Assembly: GCA_048937405.1 (NCBI GenBank)
Contig: JBHLNF010000002.1
Location: 192,001 to 256,000 of the forward strand
Source of the DNA: Promethearchaeota archaeon
GTDB lineage: Archaea > Asgardarchaeota > Lokiarchaeia > Sigyniarchaeales > SOKP01
Direction: 5' to 3'
DNA: 64,000 nt
The position numbers were made by a program, and so were the translations under genes. The notes beneath the pieces are model-generated. The model saw nothing but the letters and a program-made list of their open reading frames with translations, was not told where the DNA came from and did not search any database. Of this stretch, positions 9,458 through 19,584 are shown piece by piece (positions within the stretch are counted from its first letter, which is position 1; each line of letters opens with the position of its first letter).

Positions 9458-10846
9458 ATGAGATTAATGACCAAACAACCTGATAATACGAAATTCTTTG
9501 AAACTTTTAACAATGCAGTTGATCAATTTATCGATAGATCTTTTTCTCATATTGTAACAATTTCTCATAATGATGCTGATGGAATAAGCTGTCTTCATTT
9601 AATCCAAAATTTATTGTATAAAATGCATATCGAATATGATTATTTTATTTATAATAGATCTGTCTCTTGGAATAATTATCTAAAAGGAATTTTCTCAAAC
9701 AGAAAAACAGATAAAAATGCATTCATTTTAACTGATGTGGGTTCAAATTTAAAAGAACTAATCCCAATAATCAAAAAAAGAGAAGAAATCTTTTTTATAC
9801 TTGATCATCATGAGGTTGAAGATGATATATATATAGATGATTTTCCAGAGAATTTATTTTTTGTTAATCCAACCATTTTTGGTTATGATGGATTAGAACA
9901 TATTGCGGGAGCCACTTTGACATATATGTTTGCTAAAAAAATAAAACACTCAATAATAAAACAAGGATGGTTGACTGTTCTAGGAATTGCGGGAGATTCG
10001 CTAAAACCAATGGATCAGTTAAAATCATTTAACCGAGATATTTATGAAGAATTAGTTAATGAAGAACTTATTGAAGATAGAGAAGGTTTAATTCTATTTG
10101 GTAGTATGCATGAATCAATTCGGAATGGTTTAAAATATAGCATTTTACCTTTTCTAAAACACTTTGGAGGAGTTATGGATCAACAAATTAATTCATTTTT
10201 AGATAGGATAAATATCAATCCAAAAACTAAAATTCTTGATTTGACTAAATCTGAAGTTGAAAAAATTCAAAATAAAGCAGATTTTAAGAGTTTTGGCCAT
10301 TATACATTATTACCAAATAAATCTGATATTTTGAGTTTTGCTTTTGAACATGCTCTTTTATTGAATATACTAGGTTTCAGAAACATAAGTTCTGCTATTT
10401 TAATGGTTCAATTAAAATCTATAACACGTGATGCAAAGACTATCTATAATGAATATATAGAAAATCTTGCTAAAAATTTGAGAACTCTTTCAACCGAATC
10501 TCCTCATCATGAAACGGAGAAAGCAGTTTTTTTTGAAGTAAAGGGAAAGATCCCACCTAGTAACTGGTCAGATACAGCTAGTTTTAGCGCTGTAAATGAA
10601 CTAGTTGATCCAAACAAAATTTTATTTCTAGGAGGTCCTGAAAAAAAATCAGGGACAATTAAATTAAGTATCCGATGTTCAAAAAAATATCTCGAAAGAA
10701 ATAATGCTATTGGAGTAAATCAAGTCATATCAAATATTAGAAAAGAATTAGGAGGTGTTGGTGGGGGACATAAATTAGCGGGAGGTATAAGATTATCAAA
10801 ATCATCCTATGATCTTTTAAAAACAAGAGTAGATGATTTTATATGA
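9458..10846 (+). CDS. DHH-family phosphoesterase (RecJ/Cdc45-like)
   Basis: SHNDADG, TDVGS, LDHH, GGGHKLAGG. Confidence 0.9.
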   Translation: MRLMTKQPDNTKFFETFNNAVDQFIDRSFSHIVTISHNDADGISCLHLIQNLLYKMHIEYDYFIYNRSVSWNNYLKGIFSNRKTDKNAFILTDVGSNLKELIPIIKKREEIFFILDHHEVEDDIYIDDFPENLFFVNPTIFGYDGLEHIAGATLTYMFAKKIKHSIIKQGWLTVLGIAGDSLKPMDQLKSFNRDIYEELVNEELIEDREGLILFGSMHESIRNGLKYSILPFLKHFGGVMDQQINSFLDRININPKTKILDLTKSEVEKIQNKADFKSFGHYTLLPNKSDILSFAFEHALLLNILGFRNISSAILMVQLKSITRDAKTIYNEYIENLAKNLRTLSTESPHHETEKAVFFEVKGKIPPSNWSDTASFSAVNELVDPNKILFLGGPEKKSGTIKLSIRCSKKYLERNNAIGVNQVISNIRKELGGVGGGHKLAGGIRLSKSSYDLLKTRVDDFI

Positions 10847-10875
10847 TTTTTAGAAATTATAAGCTTTATTGAATA

Positions 10876-11172
10876 ATGGGGTTAATAAAAAAGTTAGATA
10901 ATAGAAGCTTTATGATAAGATTACAAGCTAAAACGAACTCCAAAAAGGAGAAAATAGTTAGTAATGGTGAAATATTAACAATATTTCTTAAATCAAAACC
11001 TATCCAAAATAAAGCAAATATAGAATTAATTTCTCTTATAAAAAAAAAGTTGAATATATCATCTAACCAAATTCAATTAATATCCGGTTCAAAAAGCAAA
11101 GATAAAACAATTAAAATTGCTTTTAATAAAAGTATAGAAGAAGAAGAAATTATAAAAAAGTTGTTAGAATAG
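10876..11172 (+). CDS. DUF167/YggU family protein
   Basis: P..NKANIELI...IQLISGSKSKDK. Confidence 0.85.
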   Translation: MGLIKKLDNRSFMIRLQAKTNSKKEKIVSNGEILTIFLKSKPIQNKANIELISLIKKKLNISSNQIQLISGSKSKDKTIKIAFNKSIEEEEIIKKLLE

Positions 11173-11173
11173 A

Positions 11174-11524
11174 TTAACTACCAATTTTCTTCATTTTACC
11201 ACACTTTAAGCATGTTATAAAGTGGGTCATCCCCTCATCAGCTCTCCGTGTTTGTCTGGTTTCTAAGTGTGCTTTTGTATAACCGCATCGTGGACATTTA
11301 AAATCTTTTATTGTGCTTCTTAAATTTTCTTCCTTCCATTCCATAACTTCAGCAAGATTTGTAACTTCTTCTCGTACTGAGTGTTCAATTTTAGTAGTTA
11401 ACTTATATGCTTCAGATTTTTCTTCTATAAATGGTTTTGTTGCACCACATTTACATTTGAATACCTTTTTTCCATTATTCTTAGAGGGTAACATCATTCC
11501 CCCACAATCATCACAAAATTCCAT
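11174..11524 (-). CDS. tfs: Transcription factor S (RpoM/TFS)
   Basis: N-terminal CDDC..CKC ribbon; CPRC...QTRRADEG.T.F..C..C. Confidence 0.9.
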   Translation of the reverse strand: MEFCDDCGGMMLPSKNNGKKVFKCKCGATKPFIEEKSEAYKLTTKIEHSVREEVTNLAEVMEWKEENLRSTIKDFKCPRCGYTKAHLETRQTRRADEGMTHFITCLKCGKMKKIGS

Positions 11525-11605
11525 TATGTAATAGACCTTAACAATTATATTTTATCTTTATCTCTTCAAATTAAATAATTATTTAAACCAAATAATTTTT
11601 TTTAT

Positions 11606-12580
11606 TCAAAATTTTAAGCCAAAAAGTAAAGCACAAAATATCACACCAGATATCAGATCTGCAGTAGTACCTGGATTTAGTTGCCCATTTTTTTCTTGGA
11701 GTTCTTTATCTAACTCTAAGGTTAACTTTAACCCTTCATTGGATGAGATACCCCCATATTCAACTATATTTGATGCAACTTTAGAGATATATAAAGCTGA
11801 TCCTAATCCCGATTTTCTTATGACTAATGTATCTGGATATTTTGATAACAATTTTAAATAGGTATTAACTGTAGCGATGTTGATGTCTCTATATAAATTG
11901 AATGAGTTAATAAAATATGGTAAACCTTCACTTAATATAATATTGAAACCAGTTGAATATTCTGAGCTAATTGAATCATAATCTTTAGAATATTCAAATA
12001 TTTTTTTTAAATTCATACCATCTTTAATAAGATGATTTGCAGAATTTTCATCATTAATGTCATATTTTTCAATGGTACCTAATCCACCAGGATTAGATAA
12101 TCGGATTGCTTTATATAATTCTATCGTATCATTTACAGAAGAATTTTCAATGATACTCTTCAGGTAATATTTTAATTTATTTATACTATTTTTTCCGTTT
12201 TTAATACAGATTGTAGCTGCGGCTGCCAATGGCCCTAAAATTAATATATGACCTAATAAGACATTCCCTCCCTTTTGCCACTTCATCATTTCCTTAACAG
12301 CTTTTTTATAAAAATACCCTAATTCGATTTTAGAATAATCATTATCATTTTTGAAAGAAATACGATAGATTTTTTCACAGAATTCTCGAAAAGTTGGTTG
12401 AATAACAATAATTCCTGCCAAAAAATGTTCAAATTTAGTGTTTCCAAAATCCTTTGTACGATGTACATTTCCTGGTTTTGGCCAACCTGCTATTTCTAAT
12501 AAACTAGCAAGAGTCACGCAATTTAATAATTCATCTATAGATTTAATAGAAATTTTATAATTTTCTCTTTCTAATGACAC
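11606..12580 (-). CDS. citG: Triphosphoribosyl-dephospho-CoA synthase (CitG family)
   Basis: LLE...PKPGNVH, DTLVIRKSG, LNPGTTADL. Confidence 0.88.
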   Translation of the reverse strand: MSLERENYKISIKSIDELLNCVTLASLLEIAGWPKPGNVHRTKDFGNTKFEHFLAGIIVIQPTFREFCEKIYRISFKNDNDYSKIELGYFYKKAVKEMMKWQKGGNVLLGHILILGPLAAAATICIKNGKNSINKLKYYLKSIIENSSVNDTIELYKAIRLSNPGGLGTIEKYDINDENSANHLIKDGMNLKKIFEYSKDYDSISSEYSTGFNIILSEGLPYFINSFNLYRDINIATVNTYLKLLSKYPDTLVIRKSGLGSALYISKVASNIVEYGGISSNEGLKLTLELDKELQEKNGQLNPGTTADLISGVIFCALLFGLKF

Positions 12581-12631
12581 ATTTAAATAAGTTTTTCTAA
12601 AAATATAATTATTTTCGAGAAAGAATAAGAA

Positions 12632-12937
12632 TTAATAATAACTTAACTCGATAATTTTCTTTTCTTTTACTATATATCCTTCAGCATCAGGATTTTTATA
12701 AGAAATTGGTCGAAAATCACCATATAATCCTTTTTTATGTAAAAATTTCTTAATTCTAAGTTTTACGGCTCTTTTTGATAATTTATTTGGCATTACAATA
12801 TTAATATTATCCCCATTTCTTTCGAGTGTTATCTGAGGTAGCACTTCAGACAAAAATCTAACTAGGTCATCAATATATTCAAGACCCTTATACCCTAGAT
12901 CCTTAGCCTTAATTACAATTGATTTTACTTCACTCAT
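12632..12937 (-). CDS. rpl22e: Ribosomal protein eL22 (L22e)
   Basis: SKRAVKLRIKKFLHKKGLYGDFRPIS...GYIV resembles the eL22 core. Confidence 0.7.
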   Translation of the reverse strand: MSEVKSIVIKAKDLGYKGLEYIDDLVRFLSEVLPQITLERNGDNINIVMPNKLSKRAVKLRIKKFLHKKGLYGDFRPISYKNPDAEGYIVKEKKIIELSYY

Positions 12938-13080
12938 AGTATTATCACTCTTTAAAATAATTAAAAATGTTATTAATTTTTTATGCTTTTAATATTATAA
13001 TTCATTATTTTATTTTCCTTAATAAATGTCCTGTATAGTTTAAAATAATTAACTAATCTAAGGATAGTTAGTGATTCAAT

Positions 13081-14361
13081 TTGGTAGATTATATAAATTT
13101 GGATTATGAACCAAGTGAAAATGATTTAGTCACTATGTATTATGTAGAAATTTCACCAGAATGTAAAAACTTACAGCATGCTTCCGAAGAAATCGCGAAA
13201 GAAAGTTCAATAGGTACTTGGACTGAAATTGCAACTTTATCTGCAGATATTGCCAAAAAGCTCAAACCTTCAACTTTTCACATTGATGATGAAAATAGTA
13301 TTATTAAGATTGCTTATACTAAAGAACTATTTGAGATTAACAATATTCCTCAAATTTTAAGTGCGATTGCGGGAAATATTTATGGAATGAAAGTATTAAA
13401 GTCCCTAAGATTGTTGGATATAAGTTTTCCTCAAGAAATTATCGAAGCTTATAAAGGTCCAAAATTTGGAATTGATGGTATAAGAAAATTAACTAAAGTA
13501 AAAGATAGACCTCTTCTTGGTACAATTGTTAAACCTAAAGTGGGATTAAATGAAATTGAACACGCAAAAATATGTGGAGAAGCATGGGCTGGTGGATTAG
13601 ATATTGTTAAAGATGATGAGAATCTCACTAATATGACATTTAATAAATTCGAAAAAAGAATCAAAGAAACATTAAGAATTAGAGATAAAGTAGAAAATCA
13701 AACGGGAGAGAGAAAATTTTATATGCCAAATATTACCGCACCAATTAAAATTATGAAAGAACGTGCAGACCACGTTATTGAAAATGGTGGAGAATATGTT
13801 ATGGTCGACATTCTTACAGTAGGATTTTCTGCTTTACAAGAAATTCGAGATTATTTAGATGATAAAAATATAGTTATTCATGCCCATAGAGCTATGCATG
13901 CCGCATTAACTCGAAACAAAAAGCATGGTTTAACTATGTTAGTTCTATCTAAATTAATGAGACTAATTGGTATGGATCAACTTCATACTGGAACAGTTGT
14001 AGGAAAAATGGAAGGCGGGAGAAAAGAAGTATTAGAATGTAATAAAATACTTACCACTCAAAAAATGTCTGATAATAATATAACCATGCTTAATCAAGAC
14101 TGGGGAAATATTAAATCTACTTTACCTGTAGCTTCTGGAGGTTTAAGTCCACTTCATATTCCTGATCTGATAGAGATATTAGGCCTAGATATGGTATATC
14201 AGTTTGGTGGAGGTTGTCATGGGCATCCCAATGGTACTAAAGCAGGAGCAAAAGCCATAAGACAAGCAATTGAAGCTGTTCAAAGTGGTTCAACACTAGA
14301 AGATTATGCTGTAAAACATAGTGAATTATTGAAGGCGATTGAAAAATGGGGTAAGAAATAA
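13081..14361 (+). CDS. rbcL: RuBisCO large subunit, form III
   Basis: ESSIGTWT, GTIVKPKVGL, GGLDIVKDDE, HAHRAMHAA, GKMEG, PVASGG, GGGCHGHP. Confidence 0.96.
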   Translation: MVDYINLDYEPSENDLVTMYYVEISPECKNLQHASEEIAKESSIGTWTEIATLSADIAKKLKPSTFHIDDENSIIKIAYTKELFEINNIPQILSAIAGNIYGMKVLKSLRLLDISFPQEIIEAYKGPKFGIDGIRKLTKVKDRPLLGTIVKPKVGLNEIEHAKICGEAWAGGLDIVKDDENLTNMTFNKFEKRIKETLRIRDKVENQTGERKFYMPNITAPIKIMKERADHVIENGGEYVMVDILTVGFSALQEIRDYLDDKNIVIHAHRAMHAALTRNKKHGLTMLVLSKLMRLIGMDQLHTGTVVGKMEGGRKEVLECNKILTTQKMSDNNITMLNQDWGNIKSTLPVASGGLSPLHIPDLIEILGLDMVYQFGGGCHGHPNGTKAGAKAIRQAIEAVQSGSTLEDYAVKHSELLKAIEKWGKK

Positions 14362-14372
14362 AATATTATCGG

Positions 14373-15305
14373 TCATACCATTTCTGGGTACATTTTTGCA
14401 AAATAGTTTGGTACATGACTTGAGGCAAATATTCCTGCTTCAGTAATTAGGCCATCGATGTATCTTCTACTAACCGTTTCAAATGCAGGATTTATTATAT
14501 TGATTCCCTCTGGTGGATCTTTCCATATCTCCTGAGGATTTCTCATTTCAATAGTTTCTAATATTCCTAGATTAGTTTCTGGATTGTATTTTAATAAAGG
14601 AGATGCAACATAAAAAGGAACATGTTCTTCGTGAGCAACTAAAGCTAATAACCTTGATCCAATTTTATTAATAATAGTACCTTCAGAAGTTATACTATCT
14701 GCTCCAATTAGAATTAAATCAACTTGATAATGTTTCACAGCCCATCGCATAGCACTATCAACCACATGAATAACTTCAATACCTGCATCTAATAAAATTT
14801 TCGCGGTCTTCCTCCCTTGTAGTAGTGGTTGCGTTTCGGTATTAATGACTTTAAAATTCTTATCTTGTTTTTTCGCTTCTAAAAGAATACCAGTAACTAA
14901 ACTAGAATGACAATGAGTCATTACGTTGAATTTTTGACTTGATGAAGGAATGCGTCTAGAACCTATTTCAGCAATCTTTCTTTTCGAGTTTTGAAGCATA
15001 TCAAAATAGAGATTCTTGTATTTATCTATTATATCGGAGATATATTGAAAAATAATACTATCTTTTTCTTGTTCCATCTTATTCATTATAAACTTCAAAC
15101 CATTTTTCATAGCTGGTTCTGTTGGGCGTGCGTCCATTAAAATAGATTGTGCTTCATAGAGTTTTTTAAAACAAGTCTCAATATTAGTACATTTTAATCT
15201 TTTAGCATAATTACTTAAAAATTCAATAGCACTCATAGCAACATTACTCGCACCCTGAATCTCTAACGATATTATCTTTTGGGCATCATCTAATAAACCT
15301 TTCAT
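14373..15305 (-). CDS. Ribose-1,5-bisphosphate isomerase (eIF2B-like family)
   Basis: IQGA, ARPTEP, MTHCHS, TETQP..QG, GADSI, NKIGS, NPAFE; adjacent to RuBisCO. Confidence 0.88.
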   Translation of the reverse strand: MKGLLDDAQKIISLEIQGASNVAMSAIEFLSNYAKRLKCTNIETCFKKLYEAQSILMDARPTEPAMKNGLKFIMNKMEQEKDSIIFQYISDIIDKYKNLYFDMLQNSKRKIAEIGSRRIPSSSQKFNVMTHCHSSLVTGILLEAKKQDKNFKVINTETQPLLQGRKTAKILLDAGIEVIHVVDSAMRWAVKHYQVDLILIGADSITSEGTIINKIGSRLLALVAHEEHVPFYVASPLLKYNPETNLGILETIEMRNPQEIWKDPPEGINIINPAFETVSRRYIDGLITEAGIFASSHVPNYFAKMYPEMV

Positions 15306-15385
15306 AATATTTTCACTATTTCTATCCTTTAATCATAAATCAACGATAGTTGGACTCAAAATTTCTTATATTTTATCATATTAAT

Positions 15386-15574
15386 TCATTCCTCTGAGAA
15401 TTCCTCTGGATCCAATTGATAATCTTCAGAATCAACTTCAATAAAAAATCGACCAATATATCCACATTTTGAATCTTTGCATTCATATAAATTTGGAGCT
15501 ATTCCACCAGCAACATTTATAGCATTTCTTAATGTTGGTTTTTTGCATCTTGGACAAATTCTGATATTTACCAT
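15386..15574 (-). CDS. Small Zn-ribbon protein
   Basis: CPRC...YEC...CGYIG. Confidence 0.7.
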   Translation of the reverse strand: MVNIRICPRCKKPTLRNAINVAGGIAPNLYECKDSKCGYIGRFFIEVDSEDYQLDPEEFSEE

Positions 15575-15724
15575 ATTTAACCATATTTTTTTTATATATT
15601 AGGAATTCAGATATTTTCTAATATTTAATAATCGTAAATAACATTTACTCTCTTTGATTTTTTATATAATAATATAAAATTGTTCAAATTAACATATCAC
15701 ATTTCTCATTAAAAATTTATAGTT

Positions 15725-17557
15725 ATGAAGGATTTGGATTTACAACGAAAAAGTCTACCAAATGAACCAGGAGTTTATTTATTTTCTGATAAAAGAGGCT
15801 CAATTATTTATGTTGGAAAAGCTATAAATCTCAAGAAGAGAGTCAATCAATATTTCTTAAAATCAAGTTATTCAGATCCTTTTTATGAAGAAAAAATTAA
15901 AGAGTTAGTAAAACTGATACATTCTGTTGAATATATTATAACTGAAAATGAGAAAGAAGCTTTAATTTTAGAAAATATCCAAATTAAAAAACATCACCCT
16001 CGATTCAATGTAATCATGAGGGATTCTAAGACATATCCTTGGGTGGCATTTTTTTACTCTGAAGATTTTCCAAGGATTCGTGTGCTTAGAAATCCAGAAA
16101 AGTATTCTCAAGATAACATATTTTTAGGTCCCTATACAGATAAAAAAGAAATTATCAGAATACTAAGAGATTTAAGAAAAATCTTTCCATATTGTTCATG
16201 TAAAAAACCCCTCAAAAAAAAAAAAAGAGCTTGTTTGTATTATCAATTAAAACTTTGTCCAGGGCCATGTATTTCCGAAATTACTAAAGAAGAATATATT
16301 GATAATATTAAGAAAATCGAATTATTTCTAAGAGGAGAAACTGATGAGTTAAAAAATCAAATTACCGAAAAAATGCTTAAATCTTCTAAAAACCAGGATT
16401 TTGAGTCAGCAGCTTTTTGGAGAGATAAATTGGAGGATATAAATCATGCTACTGATCGACAGCATGTTATAATGAGTCATGAAGATAATAAGGATATTAT
16501 TGGTTTTTATAGTTCTCAAAATTACATGGCATTAGTTATTATTCATATTAGAGAAGGTAAGATTCTCAATAGAAGGTCATTTGCTTTTGATTTACGGGAG
16601 AAATTGATTAAAAAAACAGAGATAATAAATTCAATATTAGAACAATACTATCAAAATTTTAAATCAAAATTACCCGATATTATTGTTATTCCTGATACAA
16701 ATAATCAATATACATTCTTATCTGCATTTTTAAAGGATATTAAAGAAGATTTACAAATCAGAACACAAATAAACGAAAATGAAGTAAGTTTGCAGCGAAT
16801 AGCAAATAAAAATGCAAAGGTAATGGTTGAACAGCAAATACAAATGGAACAAATTAAAATGGATGATAAAGAATTTCGAGTGAAAGTACTTGAAGAAACA
16901 AAAGAAATTTTGGATTTACCTACAATACCAAGAATTATTGAAGGATTTGATATCTCAAATATAGAGGGTAAAGATGCCACAGGATCTATGGTTTACTTTC
17001 TTAAGGGAAAGCCTTATAATAAGTATTATCGACATTTTAAAATTCGTTCAAAATCTAGCCCTGATGATGTAGCGATGATGAAAGAAGTTATAAGAAGAAG
17101 GTACAATATGCTTTTAGAACGAAACCTAGAATTACCAGATTTAATATTAGTTGATGGTGGAAAAGGGCAGTTAAACGCAGGAATTTCAGTTCTAAAAGAA
17201 TTAGGGCTTAATATACCAATTATCGGATTAGCTAAAAAATTTGAAGAAATTTATTTAACATCAAGGAAAGATCCACTTGCTTTACCTAAAAACTCATCGG
17301 TTTTGAAATTATTTCAAAGAGTAAGAGATGAATCACATCGGTTTGCTGTTAGACTTCAGAAAAAACAAAGGAAAAAACGTGTTACAGGTTCAATACTAGA
17401 TGATATTGAGGGTGTTGGACCAATTACTAGAAATAAGTTATTGAAACATTTTGGAAGTGTAGATAAGATAAAAAAAGCTACTTTAGAAGAGATATCGCAA
17501 ATAATTGGTGAAAAATTAGCTAAAAAAATTAGTTTAGAATTAAAAAAAAAATTATAA
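15725..17557 (+). CDS. uvrC: Excinuclease ABC subunit C
   Basis: GIY-YIG (PGVYLF, YVGKA), FDISN, DGGKGQ, RDESHRFA, C-terminal HhH. Confidence 0.96.
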   Translation: MKDLDLQRKSLPNEPGVYLFSDKRGSIIYVGKAINLKKRVNQYFLKSSYSDPFYEEKIKELVKLIHSVEYIITENEKEALILENIQIKKHHPRFNVIMRDSKTYPWVAFFYSEDFPRIRVLRNPEKYSQDNIFLGPYTDKKEIIRILRDLRKIFPYCSCKKPLKKKKRACLYYQLKLCPGPCISEITKEEYIDNIKKIELFLRGETDELKNQITEKMLKSSKNQDFESAAFWRDKLEDINHATDRQHVIMSHEDNKDIIGFYSSQNYMALVIIHIREGKILNRRSFAFDLREKLIKKTEIINSILEQYYQNFKSKLPDIIVIPDTNNQYTFLSAFLKDIKEDLQIRTQINENEVSLQRIANKNAKVMVEQQIQMEQIKMDDKEFRVKVLEETKEILDLPTIPRIIEGFDISNIEGKDATGSMVYFLKGKPYNKYYRHFKIRSKSSPDDVAMMKEVIRRRYNMLLERNLELPDLILVDGGKGQLNAGISVLKELGLNIPIIGLAKKFEEIYLTSRKDPLALPKNSSVLKLFQRVRDESHRFAVRLQKKQRKKRVTGSILDDIEGVGPITRNKLLKHFGSVDKIKKATLEEISQIIGEKLAKKISLELKKKL

Positions 17558-18811
17558 ATATTCACTTTTTATTCTCGTAATTAGAGCAGACATGGTTATA
17601 ATTATCCCTAAAATTATAAATGTCATATTTAAGTTCCACATGACTAAAATCCCAACGAAAGGGTAAAGAATTGCCCTTATGAAACTTGCCATCATATTTA
17701 TAGTACTTATAACAGTTGCCCTATTCTCTGTTTCAATCTGTTTATTAACACCTTTAACAAATATTAGACTCCGAGTAAATCCAAATCCGATGACAATAAG
17801 AATTAAAGGAATACTTATTGGAATGAAATATATCACTGACATTAAAATAAATCCTAATCCTGGAATTATCGTATACACTTGTAAAAATCTTTTTTTATTA
17901 CTTATTTTGCCTTCTAAAGTTGAAACTATGTTGTTAAATAGTATTTGGATAATTGTCATTGAAGTACTCACGAATCCAAAGTAAATCAATTGAACTGTCA
18001 ATGCTTCTAGATAGATCTGATAAGTCCAAATCAAAAAAAATACTAACGATTCGGTAATTATCATTTCTAATGCTAACATCCTTAAAATTTTATTTTTTGT
18101 GAGTTCCGTAATTCCAGATTTTACAACAGATAAATAATTTTCCCGGTTATTCTTCTCTAAGTCATGATTTGGTTCTTTTAAAGTTAATGATATTAAAGTT
18201 GCTAAGATAAATGGTACGAATATAAGACTCATCACTACATTCAATGCATAATAAGTCCCAATAATGGAACCAATGGGCGCTGATATTCCAATACCAAACA
18301 AATTAAAACTCCTATTTCTCCCCATTACCTTTGAAACGTCATCTTCTCTTCCAAGTTTTTTTAATGTATCATAGATGAATGCTTGATCTGTACCGGATGT
18401 TAAAGCTGTTCCAAAAGCCCATAGAGTTTCTCCAATAGCAAAAATGAATATATTTGGGTAACTTCCGTAGATTAATGCTGCAAATGCTATTGATAAAGCA
18501 CCTAATAGCAAAGAAAACTTTCGACTTATGCAGTCCGCTATTGCTCCACATGGAATTTCAAATACCAATATCATAATAGTAAAGTAACTTTGCAAAATCA
18601 TTACCCCAACAAAGGTTAACTTTCCCCATGTTAAGAAGAATGGTAATAATATTCCTGAAATTAAATGAAAACCTTCTATAAAGTGAATTAAATATGATTT
18701 CCAGATATTTGATTTCCACTTACCTTTTGTAATTTGGTTTTTCTCTGTAGTTTCATAGATACTCTCAATTTCTACTATTTTTTGCTTTATTTTACTCTTT
18801 TTTAATGTCAT
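17552..18811 (-). CDS. MFS transporter
   Basis: FEIPCGAIAD..SRK, SGTDQAFIYD, RATVIS; about 12 TMs. Confidence 0.9.
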   Translation of the reverse strand: MTLKKSKIKQKIVEIESIYETTEKNQITKGKWKSNIWKSYLIHFIEGFHLISGILLPFFLTWGKLTFVGVMILQSYFTIMILVFEIPCGAIADCISRKFSLLLGALSIAFAALIYGSYPNIFIFAIGETLWAFGTALTSGTDQAFIYDTLKKLGREDDVSKVMGRNRSFNLFGIGISAPIGSIIGTYYALNVVMSLIFVPFILATLISLTLKEPNHDLEKNNRENYLSVVKSGITELTKNKILRMLALEMIITESLVFFLIWTYQIYLEALTVQLIYFGFVSTSMTIIQILFNNIVSTLEGKISNKKRFLQVYTIIPGLGFILMSVIYFIPISIPLILIVIGFGFTRSLIFVKGVNKQIETENRATVISTINMMASFIRAILYPFVGILVMWNLNMTFIILGIIITMSALITRIKSEYL

Positions 18812-18841
18812 TATTAACCACCTTTATTTTTATTCATCCTC

Positions 18842-19090
18842 TTAGAAGAAACTAAATTGTCTATAATATTCTCTCAGAACTTCTTTACGTCTCAAGAATT
18901 GCTCATATTCCTCATAATATCTTGGATTAAATTCTGCTCTTTTATATAGCTCTAGGAATCTGCGGTTTTTGTTTTTAAATTTGTAACCCTTATATTCAGG
19001 CAATTCCTCCTTCCTTATTTTTTGAGCTCTTTCTTGATCGTGAGCTTCTCTTTTTTCTAACAATTCCTTTAATTCTAACAATTTTTTCAC
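18842..19090 (-). CDS. Small highly charged hypothetical protein
   Basis: 82-aa ORF with GTG start, co-oriented with the MFS gene. Confidence 0.5.
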   Translation of the reverse strand: MKKLLELKELLEKREAHDQERAQKIRKEELPEYKGYKFKNKNRRFLELYKRAEFNPRYYEEYEQFLRRKEVLREYYRQFSFF

Positions 19091-19584
19091 CTCTTTTTAT
19101 AATTTTTTTTATTTTTTTTTAAGACTCTTTATTGGAAAAAAACATATTTGATACTTCAAATTTGAAAATTTATTGGTTCAAAGTTATAAATACGCCTAAG
19201 AAATTACGAAAAATAGTGTTTAAATCTAAATTATAGATTTTTATGGAAATATAGTATAATATATTGAAAAATAAGTATCAAAGATTTGTTGATTTCTGCG
19301 AGGTCTAAGATAATGCAATAGGAATATATAATACAAATCCTTTATACATTAATGTCATGGTTTCTGATTTACAAATAGACGGATTATTGACTAAGGTATC
19401 TCCACAATTTAACCCAATCCATTTATCATCTTTAATTACCATGATATTATCAACAAATATGTTTAAAATGAATATAATATACTTAAATATTTAAATTTAA
19501 CGGAAGATCAAATCAAATTAAATAAAAAGTGGGAAATGAATGGGAATATCCATTAATTATTTTAACTAAAAAACCTAAATTACA

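Noticed and set aside
19305-19442. About 45-codon minus-strand ORF (MVIKDDKWIGLNCG...)
   Set aside because: No recognisable motif; could be chance or a decayed remnant
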